Positions 19,981-28,970 of a DNA stretch of 64,000 nucleotides are shown in pieces. Position numbers and translations under genes: made by a program. Under the pieces are notes generated by a model that ran no database searches, was not told where the DNA came from, and worked only from the letters and a program-made list of their open reading frames with translations. The stretch comes from a virus (Duplodnaviria; Heunggongvirae; Uroviricota; Caudoviricetes). The stretch is taken from positions 47,051-111,050 of IMG/VR virus record IMGVR_UViG_3300045051_000179; one strand, given 5' to 3'. How positions within the stretch are numbered: position 1 is the first letter of the stretch; each line of letters opens with the position of its first letter.

Positions 19981-20403
19981 ATGACCGCTAATACCTCGCC
20001 TATCTTTGGGCTAACTCCCAAGACAACTGGAACAAACTTCTCAAACGCTACTGGTACAACCAAGACTACTATCTTCACGGCAGGATCAAATGGTTCTAGG
20101 GTTCTAGCGATCAACGCCACCACCGACGACACTGCGGCAAATGATGTAAACCTTCATCTTCAGCCCGGTGGCTCTGGTACGGTTTTCAACCTAGGTGGTA
20201 AGCGTGTTGCGATTGCGTCAGGTAATGTCGTAGCCTCTACGATTGCATCTGTTTCGCTGCTCGATGCCTCGCAAATGCCGGGTGTGATCCTGAGTGATGG
20301 GTCAATCCAATTAGCAGCCAGTGATGTACTTCAAGCCGGTGTCGTGGCTGCGGTGACATCTGGTAAGACCCTGACTATTGTTATTCAGGCGATTGACTAC
20401 TAA
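19981..20403 (+). CDS. Hypothetical tail protein.
   Basis: Has a ribosome-binding site (aaggag) and lies within the tail module. Confidence 0.4.
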   Translation: MTANTSPIFGLTPKTTGTNFSNATGTTKTTIFTAGSNGSRVLAINATTDDTAANDVNLHLQPGGSGTVFNLGGKRVAIASGNVVASTIASVSLLDASQMPGVILSDGSIQLAASDVLQAGVVAAVTSGKTLTIVIQAIDY

Positions 20404-20406
20404 GCC

Positions 20407-21027
20407 ATGCCTAACATTACTCCTGCTGCTTTTGGTGTTCCTGCTGGTGGGCCTCGATCTTCTAGGATTATCTACCCGAGTTCTGATACGTCTATCAATG
20501 ACGGTAATCCGACCGGAAACAACGACACTGGTACCACGATTTTTCTTGGCTCTAATTTTGCCGGTTCAGATGGATTCACCCGTGATAGTCTTTTCACGTT
20601 TCGCCTCTCAGAACTTACGGCCTTTTGGCCAATTGCTAGGGCCGTGCTAACCTGTCCTATTGGGGCAAGAAACGACGGCATCGGCGGTAATTTCGGAATG
20701 CGCCGCCTGCTACAACACTATGACCCCAAGAGCGTTACATGGAATAAACGGGATGCCAACAACAACTGGGCGACATCTGGCGCTCGAAGTGTTGGCGTGG
20801 ATGTCTCATCGGACTGGGTGTCACTGGTGAATTCCACGGGAAGCAGCACGTCAGCAATCTTCACTATGAACGTTCCAACGAGTTGGATTTACGATTCCAT
20901 ACTTGCGAATGCCGATCTTCAATTGTTTCTGTATGGTTACGGCAACAATGGTAACACGCTTGATATTGGATCGCTAGAAAACACAACCTACTCAAAGCGT
21001 AACTATATGACAATCACTAGGGGATAA
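20407..21027 (+). CDS. Hypothetical tail protein.
   Basis: Closely packed against the previous gene. Confidence 0.4.
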   Translation: MPNITPAAFGVPAGGPRSSRIIYPSSDTSINDGNPTGNNDTGTTIFLGSNFAGSDGFTRDSLFTFRLSELTAFWPIARAVLTCPIGARNDGIGGNFGMRRLLQHYDPKSVTWNKRDANNNWATSGARSVGVDVSSDWVSLVNSTGSSTSAIFTMNVPTSWIYDSILANADLQLFLYGYGNNGNTLDIGSLENTTYSKRNYMTITRG

Positions 21028-21030
21028 GTT

Positions 21031-22239
21031 ATGACGATCAGGAGATTGCTCGTCTCTGGCTCTGGTGGATCGTTTTATGCTCGATCCCTAAGGGCGTTGT
21101 CTTCCGCTCCGCTTGGGGGTTGGACGCAAATCCAGTTCCCTAAGGCATCTGCATACAATGGCTACACTTATGTAGCATGGCTGAACGGTACGACTGGCAC
21201 TAGCCAAGTCATGCCCTACCAGAACCTAACGCAGACAGCATCCTCCCCGGTGCAACTTCATGCTTCCTACGGATCGGTGGATAATCACTCCTCTCCGGCG
21301 TGCCTTGTCATGGCGACATCGCACAAACTTCTATCTGCGTATGCTGCGCACGACGGAGCGAACCTCTACACTCGTTTATCGACTAACTCTCTGCTCGCGG
21401 ACCCGACCCTATCGGGTGGGGTGGCCGGAGAAGTCACTGCTCTAACTTCCGGCGACTGGACCTACGCCAACCTCGTTCAACTTGATTCAGGAACAGTATT
21501 CCTGTTTTTCCGCTATGTTTCAGGCCCCACTGGTTATCTTGAATACCTCAAAAGCACAGATGAGGGTGCGACATGGACGAGCCACACACAAATCTATGGC
21601 GGCAACTCTGGACATGTCCCATACTGGCGAATCGGACATGACGGAACACAGATTCACTTCATCATCACAGATGTTGAGCCTCAGACCGGATCGACCTTTC
21701 ATTTCTACATGCTCGAAGACGGGACGCTCCATAAGAGCGATGGAACAACACTAGGATCGTTTATCCATGCTAGCGATTGTACGCCAGTGCTATCTAATAC
21801 TGGTGGTGCTAACTGGTCGTGGGGCGTGTCTGTCGATGGGTCTGGTCCTGCGGCTGTTCTGATGCAGGATATCGGAAGCGATAACGCTATCAAGACAGCC
21901 CGATACCGCTCCGGATCGTGGCAGATAAATACGGTTGCTGCCAGCGTAGGAGGCCAACTGACTGGTAATCAGTTTGCCTCGGGTTGCGGTATCCTCCCGA
22001 CGAACCCAAACGTAGTATACCTTGCCAAGAAAGTGGGTAGTCACTTCGAGCAATTCCGCTATGTCTCACAAGACGATGGCGTAACATGGTCGTCTACGCA
22101 ATTGACTAGCGGGTCTACAGTCGAAAACATCTGGGTAGACGGGGTACGAAACGCCTCACCGGGATTAGAGGCCGTATGGCTCAAGGGAACATATACCAGC
22201 GACACGAGTTACAACTTCGGTGTCGAGGGCTGGGGATAA
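21031..22239 (+). CDS. BNR/Asp-box repeat protein (sialidase-like beta-propeller), probably a tail-associated glycan-binding or depolymerase protein.
   Basis: Two canonical Asp-boxes are present: STDEGATW and SQDDGVTW. Confidence 0.6.
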   Translation: MTIRRLLVSGSGGSFYARSLRALSSAPLGGWTQIQFPKASAYNGYTYVAWLNGTTGTSQVMPYQNLTQTASSPVQLHASYGSVDNHSSPACLVMATSHKLLSAYAAHDGANLYTRLSTNSLLADPTLSGGVAGEVTALTSGDWTYANLVQLDSGTVFLFFRYVSGPTGYLEYLKSTDEGATWTSHTQIYGGNSGHVPYWRIGHDGTQIHFIITDVEPQTGSTFHFYMLEDGTLHKSDGTTLGSFIHASDCTPVLSNTGGANWSWGVSVDGSGPAAVLMQDIGSDNAIKTARYRSGSWQINTVAASVGGQLTGNQFASGCGILPTNPNVVYLAKKVGSHFEQFRYVSQDDGVTWSSTQLTSGSTVENIWVDGVRNASPGLEAVWLKGTYTSDTSYNFGVEGWG

Positions 22240-22358
22240 TTCATTACAACGGCAGGCAACTCCTCGCCTGCACCTATCAAGCACTAATGAAAACTCTCCG
22301 TCATTAGTAGCATCAAATATGATGAGGACATCATAGTTATGACTATCAGGAGAAATCA

Positions 22359-22868
22359 ATGGTAGCAGCACTTTCTGTTCGTGTTTATACAAGCACGAAC
22401 GCAGCCACAGAGTCGGCAGCCGTAACAGGTATCGACTTCATCAGCGCTGACAACGCGACCAACTCGTCGGGTAATCGAACTTCGAACCCGGTTACAGTTG
22501 GTACGAATTCCTATGAGAAGCACCTTCGACTCAAGGTCGATACTTCTCCGGCAAACGGTGTAACAAACTTCCTATTCTGGACAGACGGTGCCGGTACTGC
22601 AAACGTTGGTCTTCGGGCCAAGGCAGCAGTCGGTACTGGTGGTGCTACACCGGGTACAGGCGACACAACTCCTTCGACAACCTCTATGACTGGTGATACC
22701 GATGCGTATGCGGCTACATCTGGTGCAAAGGTACAGTGGGATAGTGCCTCATACGTAACGCAGAACAACGTTACAAAGGCTCTGTTGCTTCAGTTGCAAC
22801 CGACTGGTTCTGCCAATCCGGGCAACTGGACACAGGAAACTATTAACTACAGCTACGACGAGACCTGA
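22359..22868 (+). CDS. Thr/Gly-rich hypothetical tail protein.
   Basis: The ribosome-binding site caggag lies 6 nt before the start. Composition is low-complexity Thr/Ser/Gly. Confidence 0.4.
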   Translation: MVAALSVRVYTSTNAATESAAVTGIDFISADNATNSSGNRTSNPVTVGTNSYEKHLRLKVDTSPANGVTNFLFWTDGAGTANVGLRAKAAVGTGGATPGTGDTTPSTTSMTGDTDAYAATSGAKVQWDSASYVTQNNVTKALLLQLQPTGSANPGNWTQETINYSYDET

Positions 22869-22888
22869 GCCGTCGTAAGAATAACCTA

Positions 22889-22917
22889 TTGACAAATAGG
22901 TAAAGTTCTGCTAGAAT
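22889..22917 (+). promoter_or_regulatory. Sigma70-type consensus promoter, TTGACA-N17-TAGAAT.
   Basis: TTGACA lies at 22889-22894 and TAGAAT at 22912-22917. This is 25 nt upstream of the LAGLIDADG gene start. Confidence 0.5.
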
Positions 22918-22941
22918 AGGCTAGTGAAAGGAGGTTGTTCA

Positions 22942-23667
22942 ATGAATGACCAAGAAGTGCTGGCCTATCTAGGAGGCTTTGTAGACGGGGAAGGTTGTTT
23001 TTCTGTCAATTCCCAAGGGTCTTTGATGTTCTATATCAGTCAACTAGACCCTCAACCGTTGCTCTTAATGCATCAAAGATTCGGTGGCAACATTAGACGA
23101 GAGCGTGATCCTCGTGGCTTTAGGACAATGGTCTACTGGGGAATGTCAAGCCGACAAGCGGCTGAGGTCATCAGGACTCTCAGGCCGTATCTTATCGTCA
23201 AGGCAGAACAGGCTGATGTAGCCTTAGAGTACCAGAAACGAAAGTCCGGTGAGATTGAATCCCTTGAGCGTGAAGAAGAAGGCAAAATCCGAAAGGAACT
23301 TGCCGACAAACTTCGTTCTCTCAAGAGGATCACGTATGATCACATCGAACTTCCTGAAAACATTAAGTATGGTGGCGACCACACCGGTAAGCGAATCAAG
23401 CGTATCTCTAAGTCTAAGCCTCCCAAGAAAACCCGTATAAAGACTTCTACTCCTGTCAAGGGAGAATGGAAGAAGGGAAAGATGCCCGAAGTATCTGTCC
23501 TGAGAGAACAATACGAGTCACTTGGTCTATCGGCTGTCGCTCGTGAATACAAGGTTAGTCGTCAGACAGTTCTTAACTGGCTGATCAAGAATAACATTCC
23601 GAGACTCGGACGAACCGAGGAATCGGAGAAACGAAGAATTGCTGGACTGAAAAACATCTGGCAGTAA
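22942..23667 (+). CDS. LAGLIDADG homing endonuclease (single motif) with a C-terminal helix-turn-helix.
   Basis: LAYLGGFVDGEGCF is a LAGLIDADG motif. KVSRQTVLNWLIKNNIP is a helix-turn-helix. AAAGGAGG lies 7 nt upstream of the ATG at 22942. Confidence 0.75.
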   Translation: MNDQEVLAYLGGFVDGEGCFSVNSQGSLMFYISQLDPQPLLLMHQRFGGNIRRERDPRGFRTMVYWGMSSRQAAEVIRTLRPYLIVKAEQADVALEYQKRKSGEIESLEREEEGKIRKELADKLRSLKRITYDHIELPENIKYGGDHTGKRIKRISKSKPPKKTRIKTSTPVKGEWKKGKMPEVSVLREQYESLGLSAVAREYKVSRQTVLNWLIKNNIPRLGRTEESEKRRIAGLKNIWQ

Positions 23668-23755
23668 CCGCCACAAACGTACGTCTATTCCCTTTGGATA
23701 GGCGTATTTTTGTACCCTGAGGGCTATAGCCCTTGATAAAGGATAAGACAACTCA

Positions 23756-24226
23756 ATGACTGAAAGCAAAATCCGCGAATACATATTCTGGGGGACGGTC
23801 CTTCTTAATGATGGTACAGAGGAATTACTCGATCTAGAGGAACATGGTTGGGCGGATAAAGAACGCCTAGCCAATACTGTTCGTTTCTCGCTCATCCCAA
23901 AAGATGGTGCTCCTAAGACCCTCTATGGCAGTGATTTCGTTCCTATCGTAGTCAATATTCCAAAAGGTGCCAAGCCTGTATTCAAGACGAGAGTCAAGAA
24001 TGCCGTTCCGGTCATGAGCACCGGAGGCAGGCATCCAGTATCCTTCCGCATGTACGGAATCGGATATAAACTAGGCAATCAAGAGCCCATGCTATGGGTT
24101 CTTCCAACGGGCGCAATAGAGGTCGGTGAAGACTCTAAATTCGCTGACATGCTCCTGAATGCCCTAACATACGACAATCCAGAATCTAGACTGGTCACAG
24201 AACCGAATCTAGTTATCGAACAATAA
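23756..24226 (+). CDS. Hypothetical protein.
   Basis: A 156-aa ORF downstream of the homing endonuclease gene. It may be cargo co-inserted with it. Confidence 0.4.
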   Translation: MTESKIREYIFWGTVLLNDGTEELLDLEEHGWADKERLANTVRFSLIPKDGAPKTLYGSDFVPIVVNIPKGAKPVFKTRVKNAVPVMSTGGRHPVSFRMYGIGYKLGNQEPMLWVLPTGAIEVGEDSKFADMLLNALTYDNPESRLVTEPNLVIEQ

Positions 24227-24322
24227 CCCTTCAATCTACTCAATAGAATGAAGGTTCAACGCGGGACTCAACCTCGAATGAACTACATGGGAATCTCACA
24301 ACAGAATATCGGTAGGGCATAA

Positions 24323-26911
24323 ATGGCTTGGGCACTTGTAGGTACAATCGGTACTGCCGTACAGGGCGCAGCAAGCGCTGACGCATCCCCTGCATTCGGA
24401 GCATCTGAAAACAGAACTGCTGGCAACTTACTCGTCCTGTTTTCCTCGGTTACCAAGTCTGCAACACTTCCTTCGACTCCGGCTGGCTGGACGATTGCTA
24501 AGCAAGTTGCCGGTACGTCCACGTCCGCAACGATCTATTACAAGGTTGCTCTTGGTTCTGATGCTGCTCCGACAATTACCGGAGTTACCAACGGCCAGAT
24601 CGCCGCGCAGTTGGCTGAGTTCTCTGGCGTTGTGGCATCTGTTGTCAACCAATCTGGTTCCGCGACCGGTACATCGAGCCCCGTAACTGCAACGAATGCT
24701 GGCGCAGATACCAGCACTAACTCACTTATCCTCATGGCCAGCGGCGATACCAGATCGGCTAACCGCGCACCTAATGATACATGGACAAGCAACCACGTCA
24801 CAGCAGTAACGGCAGCCGGTAACAACAACGGTGTCTCCAATCAGGTTCACTATTCGTTCGGCTATGGTAACACCAACTCAACATCTGGTGCTGATACTGC
24901 GATCCTGACCGCCTCTGTTACGACAAGCATCACCGGTATCGCAGTTGTCGATGCAGTATTCAAGCCCGGTCTGACGGCTATTGGTTCGTTTACTGCTAAT
25001 GCTGTCCTGAAGTCAACCCCTTCTGGTACATTCACGGCAGACGCAACACTCAAGAAGACTCTCAGTTCGACTTTTACTGCTGACTCTACGCTTCTAAAGA
25101 CGTTAACTGGCACGTTTACTGGTGATGCCGTATTAAAGAAGACACTGACCGGCACTCTTACGGCAGATTCCGTACTGAAGAAGACGATCAGTGGATCATT
25201 TACTGCCGATGCCACTCTTGCTTCTAATGTAACGACCGTTGGTGGCTCCTTCACTGCGGACGCGACTCTTAAGAAGACCCTTAGCAGCACTTTTACTGCT
25301 GATGCCCTTCTATTGAAGGTTGTGACGGGAAGCATTGCTTCTGATGCAACACTTCAGAAGACCCTTTCTTCGACATTTACAGCAGATGCAGACCTTAAGA
25401 AGACGCTATCGGGTTCGTTCACTGCTGACTCTCTCTTGCGAGTGCCGCGATCCGGATCATTTACATCTGATTCCGTCCTTCTAAAGACTATCTCGACAAC
25501 CGATCCGATTACCTTCGCGTCAGTGGATTCTGCGCTTACAGGAGTATACGGCTCTACTACAGATGGAACAAATTGGGTGGCAGTCGGCAAGAACGGTACC
25601 TCACCGGCCATTGCCTTGTCCACCGATCCTGCTAGCGCATGGTCCTTAGGTACGATATCTCCAACTCCGGACGCCAATAGCGCTGCTATTACAGACATTA
25701 TTGATGATGGCGTGCGATTTGTCGGTGTCAGTCCCTCTGCTCAGGTCAGTTCATCCGACGCACAGGTTCTCTACTCCACTGGCGGGCGTCCAGATGTCCT
25801 TGATAACTTCAACAATCGAACCATCTCCGATGTACATACCGGTTCGGGTCACGCTCAGTGGGGAGTCTCCTCTAGCGGTGTGGCGCATTACTTCACCGGA
25901 GGCGTCGAGAACTTCGCAGGCGTGGCTAATGGCTATGGTAGGATCGTCTTCGATCCTTCTTCAATAGGATCGGCAGGATCGTTCGGCTACTTCACTGATT
26001 CCCTAGAGGGAGTCCCGTCGCCAACCGATGACGAGCCGACATTCACCTACAGATTCCGTACAGATACCATCCCAGACGGATCGGCAGGGCCGTTAACCGG
26101 TAGTCGTGGGCCGATAGAATACTACTACGAGTGGTCTGCCAACAATAGCAGCGAAACCATTGACATCTATGTTTACGTAAGCAGCGTCGGCGGTGTTGGT
26201 AGAATCGACATGGCGGGAGCGGCTGCCCCGGTGGCCAAGACGAACTGGGTAGCCGACACTTGGTACACGGTCAAGACGCAGCGACTACATAGTGGTCTTG
26301 TCCAGATGAAGGTCTGGGCAGATGGCGATTCCGAACCGGGCTGGATGTTGTCACACAACCTCGGTGTAGACTATGATGACTGGGGCGGTGGTGGATTCGT
26401 ATTACTCGAAGTCACGGTCAATAACGATTGCGACGACGGTTCCGGTTTTGGTGGCGACAGAATTGTCCTAGAATTTGACGACTTCATTGCTGGCGGAAAC
26501 GCCGCGATGACTTGGACACTCCGGACGGTTTCAATTCAGCCACCCGGTACGAATAACCTTGGTGGTCCTGTCGATGTCGCCTACGGCAACGGCATCTATG
26601 TTGTTGTGGGCCGACGCGATACGAGCACAGGCGGTGGTGGAAGAATCTGGACCACGCCAGATATGACCGCTGGCTCCTTCACGTTGAGGGTGAGCGATAT
26701 AGGCGGCTCGACAGGCACCGTCACAAAGGTTGCTTTTGGTGGCGGTGAATTTGTAGCCCTTGCCGATGATGGCACAAGCCAGTATCTCATGACCTCGACA
26801 AACGGTATTTCATGGAATACCTCTGCCGCTGATCCATTTGGCGCTGGCGCTTGGGCGTATAACCTAGCCTATGGGAATGGAGTCTGGACCTTTGTGGGCG
26901 GTGATGCATGA
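24323..26911 (+). CDS. Tail fibre or receptor-binding protein with an 11-copy block of 15-residue repeats.
   Basis: An 862-aa protein. The repeats follow the pattern LKKTLSGSFTADAxL. It has a Gly/Trp-rich C-terminal domain. Confidence 0.6.
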   Translation: MAWALVGTIGTAVQGAASADASPAFGASENRTAGNLLVLFSSVTKSATLPSTPAGWTIAKQVAGTSTSATIYYKVALGSDAAPTITGVTNGQIAAQLAEFSGVVASVVNQSGSATGTSSPVTATNAGADTSTNSLILMASGDTRSANRAPNDTWTSNHVTAVTAAGNNNGVSNQVHYSFGYGNTNSTSGADTAILTASVTTSITGIAVVDAVFKPGLTAIGSFTANAVLKSTPSGTFTADATLKKTLSSTFTADSTLLKTLTGTFTGDAVLKKTLTGTLTADSVLKKTISGSFTADATLASNVTTVGGSFTADATLKKTLSSTFTADALLLKVVTGSIASDATLQKTLSSTFTADADLKKTLSGSFTADSLLRVPRSGSFTSDSVLLKTISTTDPITFASVDSALTGVYGSTTDGTNWVAVGKNGTSPAIALSTDPASAWSLGTISPTPDANSAAITDIIDDGVRFVGVSPSAQVSSSDAQVLYSTGGRPDVLDNFNNRTISDVHTGSGHAQWGVSSSGVAHYFTGGVENFAGVANGYGRIVFDPSSIGSAGSFGYFTDSLEGVPSPTDDEPTFTYRFRTDTIPDGSAGPLTGSRGPIEYYYEWSANNSSETIDIYVYVSSVGGVGRIDMAGAAAPVAKTNWVADTWYTVKTQRLHSGLVQMKVWADGDSEPGWMLSHNLGVDYDDWGGGGFVLLEVTVNNDCDDGSGFGGDRIVLEFDDFIAGGNAAMTWTLRTVSIQPPGTNNLGGPVDVAYGNGIYVVVGRRDTSTGGGGRIWTTPDMTAGSFTLRVSDIGGSTGTVTKVAFGGGEFVALADDGTSQYLMTSTNGISWNTSAADPFGAGAWAYNLAYGNGVWTFVGGDA
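24975..25490 (+). repeat. In-frame 45-bp tandem repeats (about 11 copies).
   Basis: The units read FTADATLKKTLSSTFTADSTLLKTLTG and so on. Confidence 0.7.
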
Positions 26912-28614
26912 CATCACACGCTAGGATTTGGGTAACCACTGATCCGATCAACGTATCGGCTACAGAGGTCTTTACTTCGACAGGCACAGATGGCGCTCTC
27001 GGTGGCGTTGCCTACGATTCTACGACTACGATCTGGACGGCTGCTGCCGATGACACTGGTCGTATCTATCAGACTGCTGATCCATCTGGTACATGGGTAG
27101 CGCAGACTACCGTTACGGCACAGAATTCCTCCACGGTCACGGCCTCCGGGGGAACGACTGTCTCCGGTGGTAAGTCTGCCTCCCACATCCAGCAGGGTAA
27201 GACCCGTACGCCATTCACACTAGATGCTGTAATCGAGAAGACGACATCTGCGTCCTTTGCCGCAGATTCCTTGCTGCTCAAGCGCACGTCTTCTTCGCTC
27301 ACTGCTAATGCCACGATCAAGAAGACCCTAAGTGGATCATTCACGTCGAATGCAGTTCTATTTAAGGTCGCTACGGGATCGTTCAGTGCTGATAGTACGC
27401 TGTTTAAGACAGTCTCTAGTTCCATCACGGCAGATGCCTTCATTGTTGCCAACACTGGCGGCGGAACATTCACTGCCGATGCAGTTCTGCGCAAGGTTCA
27501 GACCGGATCGTTTGCTGCTGACGCTACGCTGCTCAAGTCGATCAGTGGCTTGTTTGCGGCCGATTCTACACTAAAGAAGACGCTGAGTGGTTCGCTTACC
27601 GGCGATGCATTGCTGCTAAAGGGCTTCAACTCTAGCGTCACCGCTGATGCGGCAATCAAGAAGACTCTAGCCGGGTCCGCAACTGCTGATTCTGTTCTTC
27701 TCAAGACGACATCAGGCTCCCTCTCGGCCAATGCCGACCTCAAGAAGACCCTGACCGGATCAATCACTTCTGATGCGGTGCTATTCAGGGTCCAGTCGGG
27801 TAGCGTAGTGGCTGATGCGGCCATCCTCAAGACAACATCAGGATCGTTCACGGCTGACGCAGAACTGGTAGCCCAAGTTGCCGGTACTGGATCATTCCGC
27901 GCCGACGCTGTATTGCTCAAGACCTTCACTCAGTCGTTCGTTGCAGATGCAGTTCTCCTAAAGACAGCCACATCCTCGTTCACGGCTGATGCCTTCCTCA
28001 ACACGAGAATTGTTGGCTCGATAACTGCTGATGCAGTCCTGTTCAAAACTCTGACAGGATCAATCACATCCGATAGTGTTCTGAAGAAAACTTTGGCGGG
28101 CTTCTTTACTGCTGATGCAGTCATTGTCGGCGCGACAACCAGAACGGGATCATTCTCCGCAGATGCAGTTCTACGAAAGACACTGAGCGGAGGCTTCACG
28201 GCTGACGCCATTCTTGTTCGCAGAACTGTCAGCAACATCACTGCTGATGCGGTTCTATTCAGATCGTTTACAGGCTCGATAACCGCCCATGCGGTATTGA
28301 AGTCATCCTTCGTGGGCTCATTCACTGCTGATGCACTGTTGCGCTTGCGAACAATGGGCTCGATTACGGCTGATGCTGCATTCCTGAGGGTTGTCCAAGG
28401 GTCATTCACCACAGACGCATCTATTGCCACCAGCCAGACTGGTCACTTTACTGCCGACGCATACATTGCACCTCGAAGTAGAGTGCATGTCAGCCAGACC
28501 CAATCAATCTTGATCCGGACAAGCCAAACTGCCTCTGTCCTGATCGCTTCTTCCTCGATCAAGACCTCGCAAACATCGTCGATCCTGATCACTACCTCAA
28601 TCACGGAGAGTTAA
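26908..28614 (+). CDS. Repeat-built fibre-like protein with about 28 copies of the same 15-residue repeat.
   Basis: A 568-aa protein. Its start overlaps the upstream stop codon (ATGA). It carries the same repeat family as the upstream gene, plus a C-terminal SQTxSxLI mini-repeat. Confidence 0.55.
   Translation: MTSHARIWVTTDPINVSATEVFTSTGTDGALGGVAYDSTTTIWTAAADDTGRIYQTADPSGTWVAQTTVTAQNSSTVTASGGTTVSGGKSASHIQQGKTRTPFTLDAVIEKTTSASFAADSLLLKRTSSSLTANATIKKTLSGSFTSNAVLFKVATGSFSADSTLFKTVSSSITADAFIVANTGGGTFTADAVLRKVQTGSFAADATLLKSISGLFAADSTLKKTLSGSLTGDALLLKGFNSSVTADAAIKKTLAGSATADSVLLKTTSGSLSANADLKKTLTGSITSDAVLFRVQSGSVVADAAILKTTSGSFTADAELVAQVAGTGSFRADAVLLKTFTQSFVADAVLLKTATSSFTADAFLNTRIVGSITADAVLFKTLTGSITSDSVLKKTLAGFFTADAVIVGATTRTGSFSADAVLRKTLSGGFTADAILVRRTVSNITADAVLFRSFTGSITAHAVLKSSFVGSFTADALLRLRTMGSITADAAFLRVVQGSFTTDASIATSQTGHFTADAYIAPRSRVHVSQTQSILIRTSQTASVLIASSSIKTSQTSSILITTSITES
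27210..28470 (+). repeat. In-frame 45-bp tandem repeats (about 28 copies).
   Basis: The units read FTADAVLLKTxxGSF and so on. Confidence 0.7.
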
Positions 28615-28950
28615 ATGGCTAAGAATAGGTACGCAAAGAGCACGGTGATATTTGCCGAGGCTGTCTTCAGCGATCCCGACAACAGCGCTAGCCCGCTTGA
28701 CCCGGAGACTGGTCATACCCTGCTTGATCCATCAACGGTGATCTGCCGATTGCGTAGGCCAGATGCCAGCCTTCGGACATTCACTTATGGCGTTGATAAC
28801 GAGTTAACTAGACGAGAGCAAGGCAAGTACCGCTTCACGCTCACCCTCGATCAAATTGGAACGTATCGCTGGGCTTGGGCTCCATCGGCAGGAATAACGA
28901 CTGCCACTGAATTCGATGAGTGCGATAGTTACTCAGTTCACAATCTCTAA
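28615..28950 (+). CDS. Hypothetical protein.
   Basis: Its start directly abuts the upstream stop codon. Confidence 0.4.
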   Translation: MAKNRYAKSTVIFAEAVFSDPDNSASPLDPETGHTLLDPSTVICRLRRPDASLRTFTYGVDNELTRREQGKYRFTLTLDQIGTYRWAWAPSAGITTATEFDECDSYSVHNL

Positions 28951-28970
28951 GATACCCATGGAGGTACGAA

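Larger units (their letters stand above)
22880..23667 (+). mobile_element. Free-standing homing-endonuclease gene insertion inside the tail module.
   Basis: A single gene with its own consensus promoter and strong ribosome-binding site interrupts the run of tail-fibre genes. Confidence 0.5.

Noticed and set aside
24227-24322. A second TAGAAT -10-like element upstream of the fibre gene at 24323.
   Set aside because: There is no acceptable -35 element at 17 nt spacing (acaata), so the element is too weak to call.
24862-28430. Long - strand ORFs (24862-25335, 27069-27494, 27498-27929 and 27930-28430) lie antisense to the repeat genes.
   Set aside because: These are mirror-frame artefacts of the periodic repeat sequence and run antisense to strongly supported structural genes.
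24975-28470. The periodic 45-bp repeats could be a CRISPR-like array.
   Set aside because: The repeats are degenerate and contiguous with no unique spacers. They are in frame within two long ORFs and encode a 15-residue protein repeat. There are no cas genes apart from a Cas4-like nuclease 26 kb away.
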